From contig NC_057718.1 of the NCBI RefSeq assembly GCF_004010195.1, positions 14,629,631-14,649,630 on the forward strand: a stretch of DNA of 20,000 nucleotides, given 5' to 3'. How positions within the stretch are numbered: the stretch's first letter is position 1; the number at the start of each line of letters is the position of its first letter. Both the position numbers and the translations under genes were made by a program. Below are positions 19,628 to 20,000 of this stretch, piece after piece. The DNA is from Chiloscyllium plagiosum. Taxonomy: Eukaryota. The notes beneath the pieces were generated by a model, which was not told where the DNA came from, searched no databases, and worked only from the letters and a program-made list of their open reading frames with translations.

Positions 19628-20000
19628 TGAGTGCGAGCAGCAGCGGGGGTAAGATGAACCCGGGAGACTGCAGCTAAGGTAAGGCAGTTTTTTTAAAAAA
19701 TTACTTACCGGTAGCGGACAGCGGTGCTTTCCCTTTCACAGAAGGAGCGGGAGCAGCGGGGGATGTGACGAGGACCAGAAGGGCAGCCGGGAAGGAAAGC
19801 AGTGACCATATATATATCAGCAAGGCGGCGGGTATTGGAGCTGGAGCTGGATGAACTACGGATCATTCGGGAGGCTGAGGGGGTAATTGAGAGGAGTTAC
19901 CAGCAGTTGGTCACTCCTAAGGCTCAGGACAAGGATAAATGGGTTACAGTTAGGGGGAGGAAAGGGGACAGTCAGACAGTGCAGAGATCCCCTGTGGACA
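19628..20000 (+). mobile_element. 5' end of a CR1/HER1 LINE: CpG-containing 5'UTR and partial ORF1 (from 19835, runs off the window)
   Basis: Open frame from 19835 reads LELELDELRIIREAEGVIERSYQQLVTPKAQDKDKWVTVRGRKGDSQTVQRSPVD, a coiled-coil followed by W.TV typical of CR1 ORF1. Confidence 0.8.

Overview
Eukaryotic, repeat-dense vertebrate DNA. The HER1-type CR1 LINEs, HE1/V-SINE, Deu-SINE and Penelope fragments point to a cartilaginous fish (shark). The only host coding sequence I can support is one 68-bp minus-strand exon at 7204-7271 (VTCNCFTISDGEMQEIGVGLYP), equivalent to SET-domain exon 6 of SMYD3 and missed by the ORF track. The rest is therefore probably SMYD3 intron, filled with retroelements (CR1/HER1, Tx1, Rex1/Babar, a second CR1/L2-type LINE, several SINEs, Penelope-like elements), a 20-bp minisatellite and three N gaps. 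The most notable signals are: (1) Penelope pseudo-LTRs carrying minimal hammerhead ribozyme motifs, including an inverted pair with two intact cores and a 12-bp target-site duplication (TSD) at 16103-16910; and (2) a Tx1 LINE inserted exactly at the predicted hammerhead cleavage site of another inverted Penelope element (2579-3869). Family names come from recalled consensus similarity, not database searches. I found no evidence of a prokaryote-type system.
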